From: Nitrospirota bacterium
Lineage (GTDB): Bacteria > Nitrospirota > UBA9217
DNA length: 64,000 bases
Assembly: GCA_963741205.1 (NCBI GenBank)
Contig: CAVUHW010000031.1
Location: 32,001 to 96,000 of the forward strand
Reading direction: 5' to 3'
In this document: positions 10,958 to 21,637 of the stretch, one piece after another
How the letters are laid out: each line of letters starts with the position of its first letter
How positions within the stretch are numbered: position 1 is the stretch's first letter
Notes under the pieces: generated by a model
What the model saw: the letters and a program-made list of their open reading frames with translations, nothing else
Told to the model about the DNA's origin: nothing
The model's database searches: none
Position numbers and translations under genes: made by a program

Positions 10958-12148
10958 ATGATCACGCTGGAAGATATTCAGACGGCGGGCCGAACGATCG
11001 GTCCCTACATCCACAGGACGCCGCTGATCCATTCGAACTCTCTCAGCATGCTGACGGGGCGGAGGTATACCTTAAGCTCGAGAACCTCCAGAAGACGGGT
11101 TCCTTCAAGGTCAGGGGCGCGTTCAACAAAATGACCCGTCTGTTCCGGCGAGGGCAAGGTGATTGCGGCATCCATGGGCAACCACGCGCAGGCCGTGGCC
11201 TATGCCGCGCAGCGGCTCGGAAAACACGCGCGAATCGTGATGCCGACGACCGTTGCCATGGTCAAGGAAGACGCAACAAGGGGGTATGACGCGGACGTCG
11301 TCCTCTTCGGGGAGGGGTTCAAGGACGCGCTGGAACATGCGCTGTCGCAGAAGGAATACACTTTCATCCATGCCTTCGACGATGAGGATATTATCGCAGG
11401 GCAGGGGACCATCGGACTCGAGATCTGCGCGGAGCTTGAAAACATCGATGCCGTGTTCGTACCGGTGGGCGGCGGAGGGCTGATGGCGGGTATAGCCACG
11501 GCGGTCAAGGCCCTGTCTCCCCGAACCAGCCTGATCGGCGTTCAGGCCGAGGCGGCCCCGTCCGCATTCCTGTCGCGCAGGGACGGGAAAATCGTCGGAC
11601 AAACCCCGCTGCCGACGATTGCCGATGGGATCGCCCTCGAAAGGCCCGGCGAGAAAGCGTTCGAACTCATGGAAAGAAATGTCGACGAACTGAAGCTCGT
11701 CAAAGAGGACACAATCGCCAAGGCCATCCTACTGCTCCTCGAGCGTAAAAAAATGGTTGTCGAAGGGGCGGGCGCCGTCACGCTTGCCGCCCTGATGGAG
11801 GACTGCGAAAGGTATGAGAACAAACGGGTGGTCCTTGTTCTGTCAGGTGGAAACATCGATTTTACGGTGATCGACCGGATCATCCGCAAGGGACTCGTGA
11901 CAAGCGGAAGGATCGGCGTCTTCGAAGTGACACTCGACGACGCCTCCGGGAAGCTCCATGCGGTGACGGGGATCATGGCTTCTCACCGGGCGAATACCCT
12001 GGACATCAGGCATGACAGGCTTGCCGCAAACCTTCCGATCGGCAAGGCAAGGGTGATCGTGACCGTCGAGATACGGGGAAGGGAACACCTCGAAAGGATA
12101 TTCGCCGACCTCGCACAAAAAGGATACGAGGCAAGGCATCTCGTGTGA
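10958..12148 (+). CDS. ilvA: Threonine ammonia-lyase with C-terminal ACT domain (N-terminal frameshifts)
   Basis: [43 protein letters not shown]. Confidence 0.85.
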
Positions 12149-12190
12149 ATGAGGCGGGTAGGTACTGCTCATTGTTATCAAATCCTTTCT

Positions 12191-14867
12191 TTAGAGCTGG
12201 AGTACAACCCTCACCATGTCTTCATCGTCATATGCCTGCTTGAAGCCGTATTTCTGGCCCAGCGCCAGCATCCGGCGATTGTTCTTCAGAATTTCCATCC
12301 AAAGCGACTTCAAGCCTATTTCCTTGGCGATTCCTATACTGTACTCCATGAGAATCTTGCCGATTCCTTTGCCCTGCCATTCGTCCGAGATGAGGATCGA
12401 AAGTTCCGCATTCTCGAGATCGGGCAGTTTGCTTATTCTGACGTCGCCAATGATCTTTTGCTTGTCAGGGGTGACCCCAACAAAAGCCAACTCTCGATCG
12501 TAATCGATCTGACAATACCTCACCAGTTTCTCATGCGGAAGATGGACTAGTCTGTGGCCGAAACGGTAAATAATGGTTTCATCCGACAGAGATTTGAAAA
12601 GAGCATATATGAGGGGTTCGTCTTCAGCCAGTATGGGTCGTATGCAGCAGACCATTCCGTCTTCCAGCGTTCTCTCGATGGCATACTGATAGGGATAGGG
12701 GCAGATGGAAAGATGAGGGGGACAGATATCCTCCCTGAGCGATCCTTTTTTGATCACGGCCCCTGCATCGAGTAGAATTTCCGCGTCCAAGGCGATCACT
12801 TCTTTTTTTGAGATGAGGAAGGGATTGATGTCGATCTCCTGTATTTGATGGAAGTCAATAATGAGCTGGGAGAACCTCACGAGTATCTGCTCGATATGCC
12901 CCAAGACCCGCTGAAAGTCGGGCAGTCCGCGAAGATACTGATAGATCTTTGTATCCTCCATCATGCGTCTTGCGAGCGTCTGATTGAGGGGGGGAGCCCT
13001 ATGGCATAGTCATTCATCGCTTCGAGGAGGTCACCGCCGGTTCCGAAGAGTATCGCGGCGCCGAAACTCGGATCTTTTTTCGCACCTATCGCCAGCTCAT
13101 AGCCGTAATTGAGCACCATCGGCTGAACGATCACATATGCCTTGGCATCCTTGTGGGCTTGAGCGAGAGCGTGGAGGAATTTGCAGGCCTCCCTCACGGA
13201 TTTCTCGTCTCTGAGGTTCAACTGCACGCCGTCCTCTTCCAGCTTGTGGAATATCTCTTCCGAATCGATCTTCAGCACAACAGGATAGCCTATCTTCTCC
13301 GCGATGCTGACGCAATCGTCCTCACACGTGGTCCTTACTGTCTCCACAATGGGAATCCCATATGCATCGAGAATCTCTTTTACCTCGGTCAAATGGAGCA
13401 CTCGCCTGTTTTCGCTGATCGCCCTTTCTATGATTCCCCTCGTTTTTTCGGTGTCGGGAACGAAGTCCTTGAGGATCGCCTCAGGAGTTTCCTGAAGAAG
13501 TTTCAGGTTGTAGTCATATCGGTACATGAACATGAAGCTTCTCACCGCCTGTTCCGGAGTAACGAAAGTCGGGATATCCGTCTTGTTAAAGAATTGCCTC
13601 GCCCCTTGCACAAGCTCATCACCGAGCAGCGCAACGAACAGAGGTACATTCGGAACTGACATCGCAGCAGAAGTTATTGCGAAGGCAATATTTTTGGAAT
13701 CGATGCAGGGATGCGGCACATACGCTACAAGCACGCCGTCTATGCCGTTGTCATTCAGACAATTGCCGACGGCCATTTCAAAGTCTTCCGGTGATGCGTC
13801 GGGGAAGAGATTAACAGGGTTACGAATACTTCCCTTCATGGAAAGATTCTTTTTTATGATATCGACGATTTCCTCGCTCAGGGTTCCCATTTCTCCTCCC
13901 ATGCGTATGAGGGCATCAATCGCCATGGAAGCCGGTCCCACAGCATTGGAAACAATCGCCAACCGTTTTCCCTTCGGCCGGTGCTGTTTTGCTAGGGTCT
14001 CCGTGATATAGAAGAGATCCAGCATTTCATAAACCCTCACAGCGCCTGCTCTCTTGAACGCAGCTTCATAGACTTTGTCCTCACCGGCAAGGAGCGCCGA
14101 ATCGGTGAGCACCCCTTTACTTGAAATATCGTACCTCCCCGACCTTACCACCACGATAGGTTTACTGTTCGCAAAGCTCCTCACGGCGGTCATAAATTTC
14201 CTGCCGTCACCGATATTTCTTACATAGAGGATAATCGCCCTTGTCTCGGGGTCTATGCCGAGAAAATCGACCAAGTCAGATAAATCGATATCCAGGTTTT
14301 TACCGAGAGAAATGAAGTAACTGAGCCCCATTTTTTTACTCATCGCCCGTTCGAGAAATGCCGCGGAAAAGATGCCACTCTGGGAAATAAAGGCGATATT
14401 CCCTCTCGGGGGAATCGAGGGAAAGAGACTCGCATTGAGGTTTTTCCCCGGTCTCAAAAAGCCAAGTGAGTTGGGCCCCAAAACCCTGAAGCCGTAAATC
14501 TGCGAGATCTTCTTGATCTGCTCTTCAATCAGAAGCGCGTTGTCGACCTTCTGTTCAAAGTCAGGGGTTGCGATCACAACCCCCTTCACATCCTTTTGCC
14601 CGCAGTCGTCAAGAGCCGTATAAAGCTCTTCGGGGGGACCGTTAAGATCGCCAGATCGATCGAATGCGGGATGGTGTTGATATTTCGATGTGCCTCGACC
14701 CCCTGTATCGCCTCACTGTCGGAGTTTACGGGGAAAACTACCCCTTTGAAACCCTTTCCAATGAGATTTCTAAAGACATAGTATCCCAATGCCTTCTTGT
14801 CTTCACTTGCGCCGAGAACCGCTATCCTGCGGGGATTAAAAAAGGCATCGAGATTCTTAATCGACAT
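12191..14867 (-). CDS. Acetate-CoA ligase-like/GNAT fusion protein lysine acetyltransferase (Pat/YfiQ type), split into three frames
   Basis: FNPRRIAVLGAS, GPNSLG, ISQSG, ATP-grasp region, PPHLSICPYP, GNAT motif QGKGIG. Confidence 0.85.
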
Positions 14868-15202
14868 AATGACCTCTCCTAACATTATGAGATCGGGTGA
14901 AGACGCATCTGTTTAGAGTATAGCAAAGCTTCCGCTGCGCTGAGAAGTGCTGAAAAACCGGATCGACAACGTCGTCGAAAGAGCAGAATTATAGCAATAA
15001 AATGTTTGTCTTGCATTGGTGGGCTGACAATAAAGGGTGAATATTGACAGGTTTCAAAGAATGGAAACTGCAATAGATAACAGGAGGGTAAGTTGCTTTC
15101 TTCTTTTAATAGGAATTTTATTATGTCACATTATGCTTGTGACGATTCGGTCTCGGGGAGAAGCCTTCCCGGTCCCGGAAAAGCTTCTCCCCCGAGGGCA
15201 GA

Positions 15203-15601
15203 TCATTTCTTTTCAGGCCGGTTCGTGTCCGAAGGTTCCTGCTTCTTGTTCTTCTTGCCGGTAAGATAGGCTTCCGCCGGCCGCCAGGAGAAGGATGCTC
15301 CCTTTCCGGCAACTCCCGTGTAAACCGCATAGGCGAGGGCAGCGACCATGCTGAAAGGCAGTGTGACAATATAGAACAATCCGACAAAGGGCGCGGAAAC
15401 GACTCTGCCGGCCAGTTTCAGGGTTTCCGGCATGCCTCTGCGTTTCAAATGCGCCAGATCTTCCTGCCCAACCTCCTTGACCGTGCGGAACGGCTTCGGT
15501 TTCAGCGCTTCCCAGACGATAAGATACCCGGCGATCAGGCCAAGAGACAGGATATACTCGATTCCTTTGACATGGGTTACGAAATCAAACATGGTATTCA
15601 T
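15203..15601 (-). CDS. Hypothetical membrane protein
   Basis: AAGGAGG RBS, two hydrophobic segments, C-terminal WRPAEAYLTG motif shared with the neighbouring gene. Confidence 0.7.
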   Translation of the reverse strand: MNTMFDFVTHVKGIEYILSLGLIAGYLIVWEALKPKPFRTVKEVGQEDLAHLKRRGMPETLKLAGRVVSAPFVGLFYIVTLPFSMVAALAYAVYTGVAGKGASFSWRPAEAYLTGKKNKKQEPSDTNRPEKK

Positions 15602-15663
15602 TATTTCATCCTCCTTGGGGTGGAATAGTAAGGTTGTTGTCTCATCGACAAGGCCATTACCTG

Positions 15664-16032
15664 TTAGCGTGTCTTCGGCTGCTTCCCGGCGCCGTCAGAA
15701 TCATCTTTCTTCTTGTTCTTTCCACCCAGATAGGACTCGGCGGGCCTCCATCCGAAGGAGACGATGTTCCTGCCGAGATTGAACACCCCGCCGAGCGTTT
15801 TCTGCAGCAGGAGCCCGAAGGCCGTTACGACTCCCAGGATCGGCAGGGCAATGATGTAGACGAGCCCGAGAATGGGACCGGCCAGCATGATCGCGCCCGA
15901 CGAAGTCTTGACGTACTTTGCGTTCTTCCCTCCGGGCAAAGCGCCTTCCTGGTCCATATCGACCCTGAATCCGGTTGTCATATCCCAATACGTTCCGTTC
16001 CCGACCACCTGTCCTCCAGTAAGTATAAGCAT
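15664..16032 (-). CDS. Hypothetical membrane protein
   Basis: AGGAGGG RBS, GGQ.V..GTYW motif, hydrophobic core, C-terminal WRPAESYLGG. Confidence 0.7.
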   Translation of the reverse strand: MLILTGGQVVGNGTYWDMTTGFRVDMDQEGALPGGKNAKYVKTSSGAIMLAGPILGLVYIIALPILGVVTAFGLLLQKTLGGVFNLGRNIVSFGWRPAESYLGGKNKKKDDSDGAGKQPKTR

Positions 16033-16241
16033 GATGTGTTCCCTCCTTTCGCGCTGCATATGTTTTTCTCTATCGTTGGATAAACCTTACCAAAAGAAGG
16101 GTTTTTTGTATATCCGCATAAACTCTTAGGTTCAAGGGAAATTGTTCTCAGAGGACAGGGGCAGAATACAGCAGAAAAAAGGGTGACGAAGGGTTTGTGA
16201 CGGGGAACTGTTCCTCCAGACCAAAAAGAAATGGAAGTATT

Positions 16242-16670
16242 TCATATCTCTTTCTGGACAATAGTTTCACAGCTGAAAGCGGGATGGTTTTCGCCATTGA
16301 TGCCGATGCCATGCAAAATAATATGAATGAACTCGTGTGCAATAATACTGATGCCCTGCTTGAATACCGCGTCGTCAACAGTAAGCCATACCGTCGTCGT
16401 ACCTTCGGCGCATCCGACTGCCGGCTCTCCCCCACAATCTATTTGACCTCGAACCAGTACAACATTCGGAGGCGCGGGAACCGATTGAACGTATCCGAAT
16501 CTTTCCATACACTGCACCGTCAGTGTCCAAATTATTCTCAGCCTGGTGTCCCTTGCAACCGGGATAATTTTGATAACGTCACCATGGATGCGGCTCTCCT
16601 GCGGTCTATCGCGATCTTGTCCACAACCTAGTGTTAGCAAGATCAGCCCGATTGTAATAGCCTGCTTCAT
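16242..16670 (-). CDS. Small lipoprotein with HExxH zincin-like motif
   Basis: Signal peptide ending TLGC; AHEFIHIILH near the C-terminus. Confidence 0.55.
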   Translation of the reverse strand: MKQAITIGLILLTLGCGQDRDRPQESRIHGDVIKIIPVARDTRLRIIWTLTVQCMERFGYVQSVPAPPNVVLVRGQIDCGGEPAVGCAEGTTTVWLTVDDAVFKQGISIIAHEFIHIILHGIGINGENHPAFSCETIVQKEI

Positions 16671-16894
16671 CGTTCACTCTGAATATGCATGTGCACCCTG
16701 ATAGGTCCGTGGCACTCAGAGCCATCGTCAACCGTTGACCAATCAGGAGCGTCACCCAGTTACACTCATCCTATCTCACCTGCTGAAGAGCTTATACACC
16801 GCCGAAGGAATTTCAGGGATACACGACGTGCTTTGTAGCTCATGTAAAAGAATCCTAGGATATGTTCCGCCCTGCTGTCCACACCCTTCCTTCG

Positions 16895-17758
16895 TTACTT
16901 GCTCAATAACTTATACACCGCCGAGAAATCCTGTTCTCCCAAACCGTTCTTCACCGCCAGGGCATACAACTCTTTCGCCGCGTTGGCCAGGGGCATGGCA
17001 ACGCCCGTCTCATAGGCCGTGTCCGCGGCGAGCTGGAGGTCCTTGTGCATCCACTGAAGGGGAAACTCGGCGTCGAACTTGCCTTCTTCGATGATCGACC
17101 GTTTGAACGCAAGGAACGGCGCGACGACCGGCGAGGTAAGGACCGTATCGAAGAGAAGCCCCCTGGGTAAACCTAGCGATTCGCCGAGGGCAATGGCTTC
17201 TGCGAAGCCGACCATGGCCTGGGCGAGCATGACATTGTTCACCATTTTCGTGGCCGTACCCATGCCGTGTCCGCCCATATGATGGACGGCCCTGCCCATT
17301 GCCTCGAACAGGGGCCGCGCCTCATCCACATCTGCTTTTTCGCCGCCGACAAAGAAGAGAAGCTGTCCCTGCTCGGCGGGGCCCTTGGAACCTCCGACCG
17401 GAGCATCGAGGCACCGGACTTTTCGCTGAGCAGCTTCTGATGCCATCAGCCGGGAGAACGACGGGTTCACCGTGCTGCAATCGATCCAGAGCGATTTTTC
17501 GGCGAGGCGGTTCAAAAACCCGAATTTACCGAGCAGGGCCGTTTCCGCGACCGCGTCAGGCTTTGAAAGCATGGTGATGATTATGTCGACTTGTTTCGCG
17601 ACGTCAGCGGGCGTCGGCGCCCAGACAGCGCCGTTTGAGATGAGCGGGTCGGCCTTTTGACGAGACCTGTTATTTACGACCAGTTCATGCCCTCTCCTCA
17701 TCAGATTGGCCGCCATGCGGCTGCCCATGATCCCTAGTCCGATAAATCCGACTTTCAT
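16895..17758 (-). CDS. NAD(P)-dependent beta-hydroxyacid dehydrogenase (3-hydroxyisobutyrate/tartronate semialdehyde reductase family)
   Basis: MKVGFIGLGIMG, DAPVGG, K.VNN, KDL motifs; GAGGAGG RBS; the longer ORF start comes from a repeat. Confidence 0.88.
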   Translation of the reverse strand: MKVGFIGLGIMGSRMAANLMRRGHELVVNNRSRQKADPLISNGAVWAPTPADVAKQVDIIITMLSKPDAVAETALLGKFGFLNRLAEKSLWIDCSTVNPSFSRLMASEAAQRKVRCLDAPVGGSKGPAEQGQLLFFVGGEKADVDEARPLFEAMGRAVHHMGGHGMGTATKMVNNVMLAQAMVGFAEAIALGESLGLPRGLLFDTVLTSPVVAPFLAFKRSIIEEGKFDAEFPLQWMHKDLQLAADTAYETGVAMPLANAAKELYALAVKNGLGEQDFSAVYKLLSK

Positions 17759-17803
17759 AGAGTCCTCCTCGATCACCCGATCAATATGGCGTGGTTCCCA
17801 CGA

Positions 17804-17906
17804 TGTCATTCCCGTCCCGCAAAGCGGGATAAATCCACTGAATGAAAATGGAGATTCGCGAATCACGGATTCAAGTCCGGGGCAGGCTTGCAAGCCCGGC
17901 ATGACA
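17804..17906. repeat. REP/MITE-like palindromic element, copy 2 (inverted relative to copy 1)
   Basis: TGTCATTCC...GGCATGACA ends; reverse complement shares CCGGGCTTGCAAGCCTGCCCCGGACTTGA with copy 1. Confidence 0.75.
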
Positions 17907-17936
17907 CCCAAAAGGAAAGGGACTTTTGGGGCACTG

Positions 17937-19601
17937 CTACCGCTCCCGTCTTTCCTTCTCCTCTTCGTGATTTTTTTTCTTGGGCTGCTGCGGCTGTCCT
18001 CCGGGCTGAGGCTGCGGCGCCGGCTTTCTGATAATCACCTTGGGCTCACGCATCTTCCTGACCGGCAGGTTCTCCGGAGGCACCGGTTTGAACACCGATG
18101 CATCCCGGTCTTTGATGAGCCTCCGCTCATTTTGCAACTCTTCCGGCCGGACCCTGCGAAAACGTTCCGGGGGGAGGGGTTGTTGGACCGGCGGCTGACG
18201 CACGATGGAGGGCGAATTGACCGGCGGTGAAGCAGCGGGCCGGTCCGGTCTGATGGACGGAGTGGCCGGCGCCGGAGGAGTGACCCGGAGATTTTCATGG
18301 ACTGAGCCTCGCATGAGGTCTGACTCGGGAGGCCGATGCCGCGTCGGTTCCATCGTCCGGGGCGGAGCAATGACCACAGGCTGCTGAGGCTTGGACTGCG
18401 GAGGTGCAATGGCAATATCGCCTGCCGGACGCTGTCTCGTCTCGATAAAGGGATTTTCCCCAATTTTCACGGGCAAGTGCCTGCCCGTGCCGAACGAATC
18501 CCGCTGCACCGTCACTACGGCATTGTTTACCCTGGCATTTATGAATGTGCGGTTCACGATAACGGGATTGACGCCAATGGTCGTCAGGTTCCTGCTCCAG
18601 GGTCCGTAATATCCGTATCCGTAGAAGATTTCGCCGGGTGCCAGAGGCACCCACGCAACATAGGTCGGCGTCACAACCCAGCCCACATACCCCGGCCCCC
18701 AGTACACAGCGCCGGGAGAAGGCGGGACCCAACTCCATCCGTAGGACGGGATGAATACCCAGCGGCCATAATGGCTAGGCACCCAGCCCCAGGGGTCATT
18801 CGCCACCCAGACATAGTTTCCGCGAATCCAGATCCAGTTGCCGTCCGAATAGGGGGCCCAGCCGGATGCGACTACCGTAGGGGTCCAGACATAGCCGTAA
18901 TCAGGCACATACCCCCACCGGCCGTTGCCGTCGAAGTCCGTAGAATATTCGTGAAGCTCATCAGGAAGATAACGGGAGCTCTCACCCCAAGCGGTAAGGC
19001 TGCGGTCCCGTTCCATGTTCCACTGCTCCCACTCATCCGGTGAACTTATGGGAGCGAGATCTGCATTTTCTTCTCCACGAATGGTCAGGGTGCTTCCCGC
19101 GCTTACGCGGGTTGCGCCGGCCCTGCTCTCGGCGATGGCAAGGCCCTTGAGAACGGAGACTTCAGTCACCCCGTCTTCGGTCACATCGATCATCATGATG
19201 GAGTTGTCGTAACTGCGGATGGACGACATGGGCGTATCGACCTGCACGGTCTTGATCCCGCCCCGGCGGTTGTTGATGTAGATATGACCGCGGTCAAGGT
19301 AAAACTGCGCTGATTCGGGCGTCATGGTCAGGACGTCCAGGGCGGTATTCGAATCGGCCCGTGTATATACGCCTCCCTGTATCTGGAGTTCCGCCTTGCT
19401 GTCTTCCGCGACCCAGATCCGGTCGCGTTCATTCAGCGGCAGGTTGATTGTCGCCTCGGTCCAGTCCGTGGTGTCCTGGATCAGGACCTGCACGTCGCCG
19501 TCGATCAAGCTCAACCGCACGAGGCCGAGATCGTCGGCAAAGGAAACTCCCGGGAACATCAGGATAAAAGCCAGAATGAGATAACGACCGAAAACACGCA
19601 T
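17937..19601 (-). CDS. Secreted FecR-domain/DUF6600-type protein with Pro-rich tail
   Basis: Signal peptide, RLSLIDGDV FecR-like region, WAPY..G.W..PWGW.P.HYGRW motif. Confidence 0.8.
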   Translation of the reverse strand: MRVFGRYLILAFILMFPGVSFADDLGLVRLSLIDGDVQVLIQDTTDWTEATINLPLNERDRIWVAEDSKAELQIQGGVYTRADSNTALDVLTMTPESAQFYLDRGHIYINNRRGGIKTVQVDTPMSSIRSYDNSIMMIDVTEDGVTEVSVLKGLAIAESRAGATRVSAGSTLTIRGEENADLAPISSPDEWEQWNMERDRSLTAWGESSRYLPDELHEYSTDFDGNGRWGYVPDYGYVWTPTVVASGWAPYSDGNWIWIRGNYVWVANDPWGWVPSHYGRWVFIPSYGWSWVPPSPGAVYWGPGYVGWVVTPTYVAWVPLAPGEIFYGYGYYGPWSRNLTTIGVNPVIVNRTFINARVNNAVVTVQRDSFGTGRHLPVKIGENPFIETRQRPAGDIAIAPPQSKPQQPVVIAPPRTMEPTRHRPPESDLMRGSVHENLRVTPPAPATPSIRPDRPAASPPVNSPSIVRQPPVQQPLPPERFRRVRPEELQNERRLIKDRDASVFKPVPPENLPVRKMREPKVIIRKPAPQPQPGGQPQQPKKKNHEEEKERRER

Positions 19602-19741
19602 AATGTTCCTCCTCGACGCCGTTAATATGATTTTACCTTATTAGACAACGACGTGTTCATCTGGTTGCATTGGGAACGAAGTTTATTTTACCCGCTGTCC
19701 TTCCCCTTGACATTCGGGACGGGAGGAGTATAAATTAATAT

Positions 19742-20593
19742 ATGAAAATGAAGGCTTTTATCGTTCCTCTTGCTCTCTCGCTTTTCGTGCTTGCCTTTCT
19801 CACCGCGGCCGTGGATGAAAGCGGTGACGTGTATCGCGTGAGCGACGGAAAGACCATATCATTCGACCGGATGGTCCAGGACGTAAAGAAAGCGGATTTT
19901 GTCGTCGTGGGCGAGGTCCATGACATCCCGGAACATCACCGGCTGCAGCTCGAAATCATCAGGGCCTTTCATGAATCCGGCGCCCCGCTGGTGATCGGGC
20001 TCGAAATGTTCCGGAAAGACAGCCAGAGCGCCCTCGATTCCTGGGTCAAGGGCGACTTGCCGCTCAAGCGTTTTCTTCCCGTTTACTACGACAACTGGCA
20101 TATAGCCTGGCCGTTATACCGGGACATCTTCACGTATGCCCATGACCATCAGATTCCCATGCTCGGGTTGAATATACCGGACGGAATTACCGAGCGTGTG
20201 GCAAGGGAAGGGTTTGCCTCCCTTCGGGAAAAAGAGAAAAAACAGCTCCCCCCCGGCATCAGTTGCGACATCGATCCGACGTACATGGATTTCATGAGAA
20301 AGGCCTATGCGGGTCATTCTCAGAAAGCGGACAAGATGTTTCTACATTTCTGCGAGGCGCAGATGGTGTGGGACAAGAGCATGGCCTGGCGCCTGATCGA
20401 ATACCGGAAACAGCATCCGGGCCAAACCGTGGTGGTCCTCGCCGGCGTCGGACACGCCTGGAAAAGGGGGATTCCGGAGCAGATCGCGCGGAACACGAAG
20501 TACGCCGTCAAGGTCGTCATGCCGCTGGTGCCGGACCAGATTGATCAGGATACCGTATCGGACCACGACACGGACTACCTCTTCCTTCGGTAG
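19742..20593 (+). CDS. ChaN-family (haem-uptake/Tiki superfamily) exported protein
   Basis: VVGEVHD..HH..QL, GLEMF, AQMVWD..MA, LAGVGH. Confidence 0.85.
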   Translation: MKMKAFIVPLALSLFVLAFLTAAVDESGDVYRVSDGKTISFDRMVQDVKKADFVVVGEVHDIPEHHRLQLEIIRAFHESGAPLVIGLEMFRKDSQSALDSWVKGDLPLKRFLPVYYDNWHIAWPLYRDIFTYAHDHQIPMLGLNIPDGITERVAREGFASLREKEKKQLPPGISCDIDPTYMDFMRKAYAGHSQKADKMFLHFCEAQMVWDKSMAWRLIEYRKQHPGQTVVVLAGVGHAWKRGIPEQIARNTKYAVKVVMPLVPDQIDQDTVSDHDTDYLFLR

Positions 20594-20614
20594 ACGATAG
20601 ACGCAGGCGACCCT

Positions 20615-20899
20615 CTATTTTATCTTCTTGATAAATTCCTCGACAGCCACAGCGGGTAGAGACATGAGATGCACCGAACCGCGCGATCCGATCTCAACCG
20701 ACATCTTCATCACCGTTTCGTTATCCGGCGCCTCAACGATGTTGACAAAGTCATAAGACCCCAAGAGGGCGTATTGTTTCTGTATTTTGACACCCATTGC
20801 CTCGATCTCCCTGTTCACCTCCAGGATCCGCTCCGGTTTCTGTTTGATCGTCTTTCTTCCTTCATCCGTAAGATTGCTGAGAATCACGTAGTGCGGCAT
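20615..20899 (-). CDS. GYD-domain protein
   Basis: MPHYVIL..LTDEG, LGSYDFV.IVEAPD. Confidence 0.85.
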   Translation of the reverse strand: MPHYVILSNLTDEGRKTIKQKPERILEVNREIEAMGVKIQKQYALLGSYDFVNIVEAPDNETVMKMSVEIGSRGSVHLMSLPAVAVEEFIKKIK

Positions 20900-21448
20900 G
20901 GCTTGTTCCTCCTTATTATTGAGTGTCATGGTGAAATTGAGAAGCCCAATACTTTGGACGTATTAGACTGTCGTTCGGTTTATTATCAATTATAGCCGGA
21001 TCTACTTCCTGCTGAGAAAAAAAATGCGCCAACATCAGTGCGGGAGTTCTATCGGGTTGGTGTCCCGTCCTCACTTGTTTCGGGTGAGACGTTGTCATGA
21101 CTCAAGCATAGCGTAAGACCGTGTCACATGCATCTATCCGTTCATTTTTCTTGATTTCATTTCATGCTTATGTTATAGATTAATCAGAAAGTGTTCTGCG
21201 TGTGTCCGCCCATGAAGTCCGAACCTGGCAAATCGAAGCAACATCAGCAGACCGCGGGGATCAAGGCCAAGCCGGTGTGCGGCACGCTTGCCTATCTCGC
21301 AGAGTGCAGGGGAACGCCGAAGAAAACCGCGGCCGGGCGGAAGGAAGCGCCGTCGGTAATCATCGACAGGATCGTAAGCAAGCAGCCCGCCGACTTCTAG
21401 ATTGACGGTTTTTTTGTAGTTGTTGCGGGGGAAGGACGGGGTGAGACC

Positions 21449-21637
21449 GTGTGCGATGTAAAAGTCTATGTTTCCAGGCAGGGGAAGGAAGAACTCCTGC
21501 TGGAGGCGGTCAATCATCTCCGTGTCGAACAGGGGGAGGTGACCGTTCGCAATCTGTTCGGTGAGGAAAAGAAGGTCCGCGGAGAAGTGCGGGAGGTTTC
21601 GCTCGTTAAAAACCGGGTCCTCGTTGAACAGAAATGA
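21449..21637 (+). CDS. CooT-family small nickel-binding protein
   Basis: MC N-terminus, EELLLEAV, NLFGE..; 62 aa. Confidence 0.75.
   Translation: MCDVKVYVSRQGKEELLLEAVNHLRVEQGEVTVRNLFGEEKKVRGEVREVSLVKNRVLVEQK

Noticed and set aside
21191-21405. Small ORFs upstream of cooT
   Set aside because: No recognisable motif or clear RBS; coding status cannot be supported from the sequence alone
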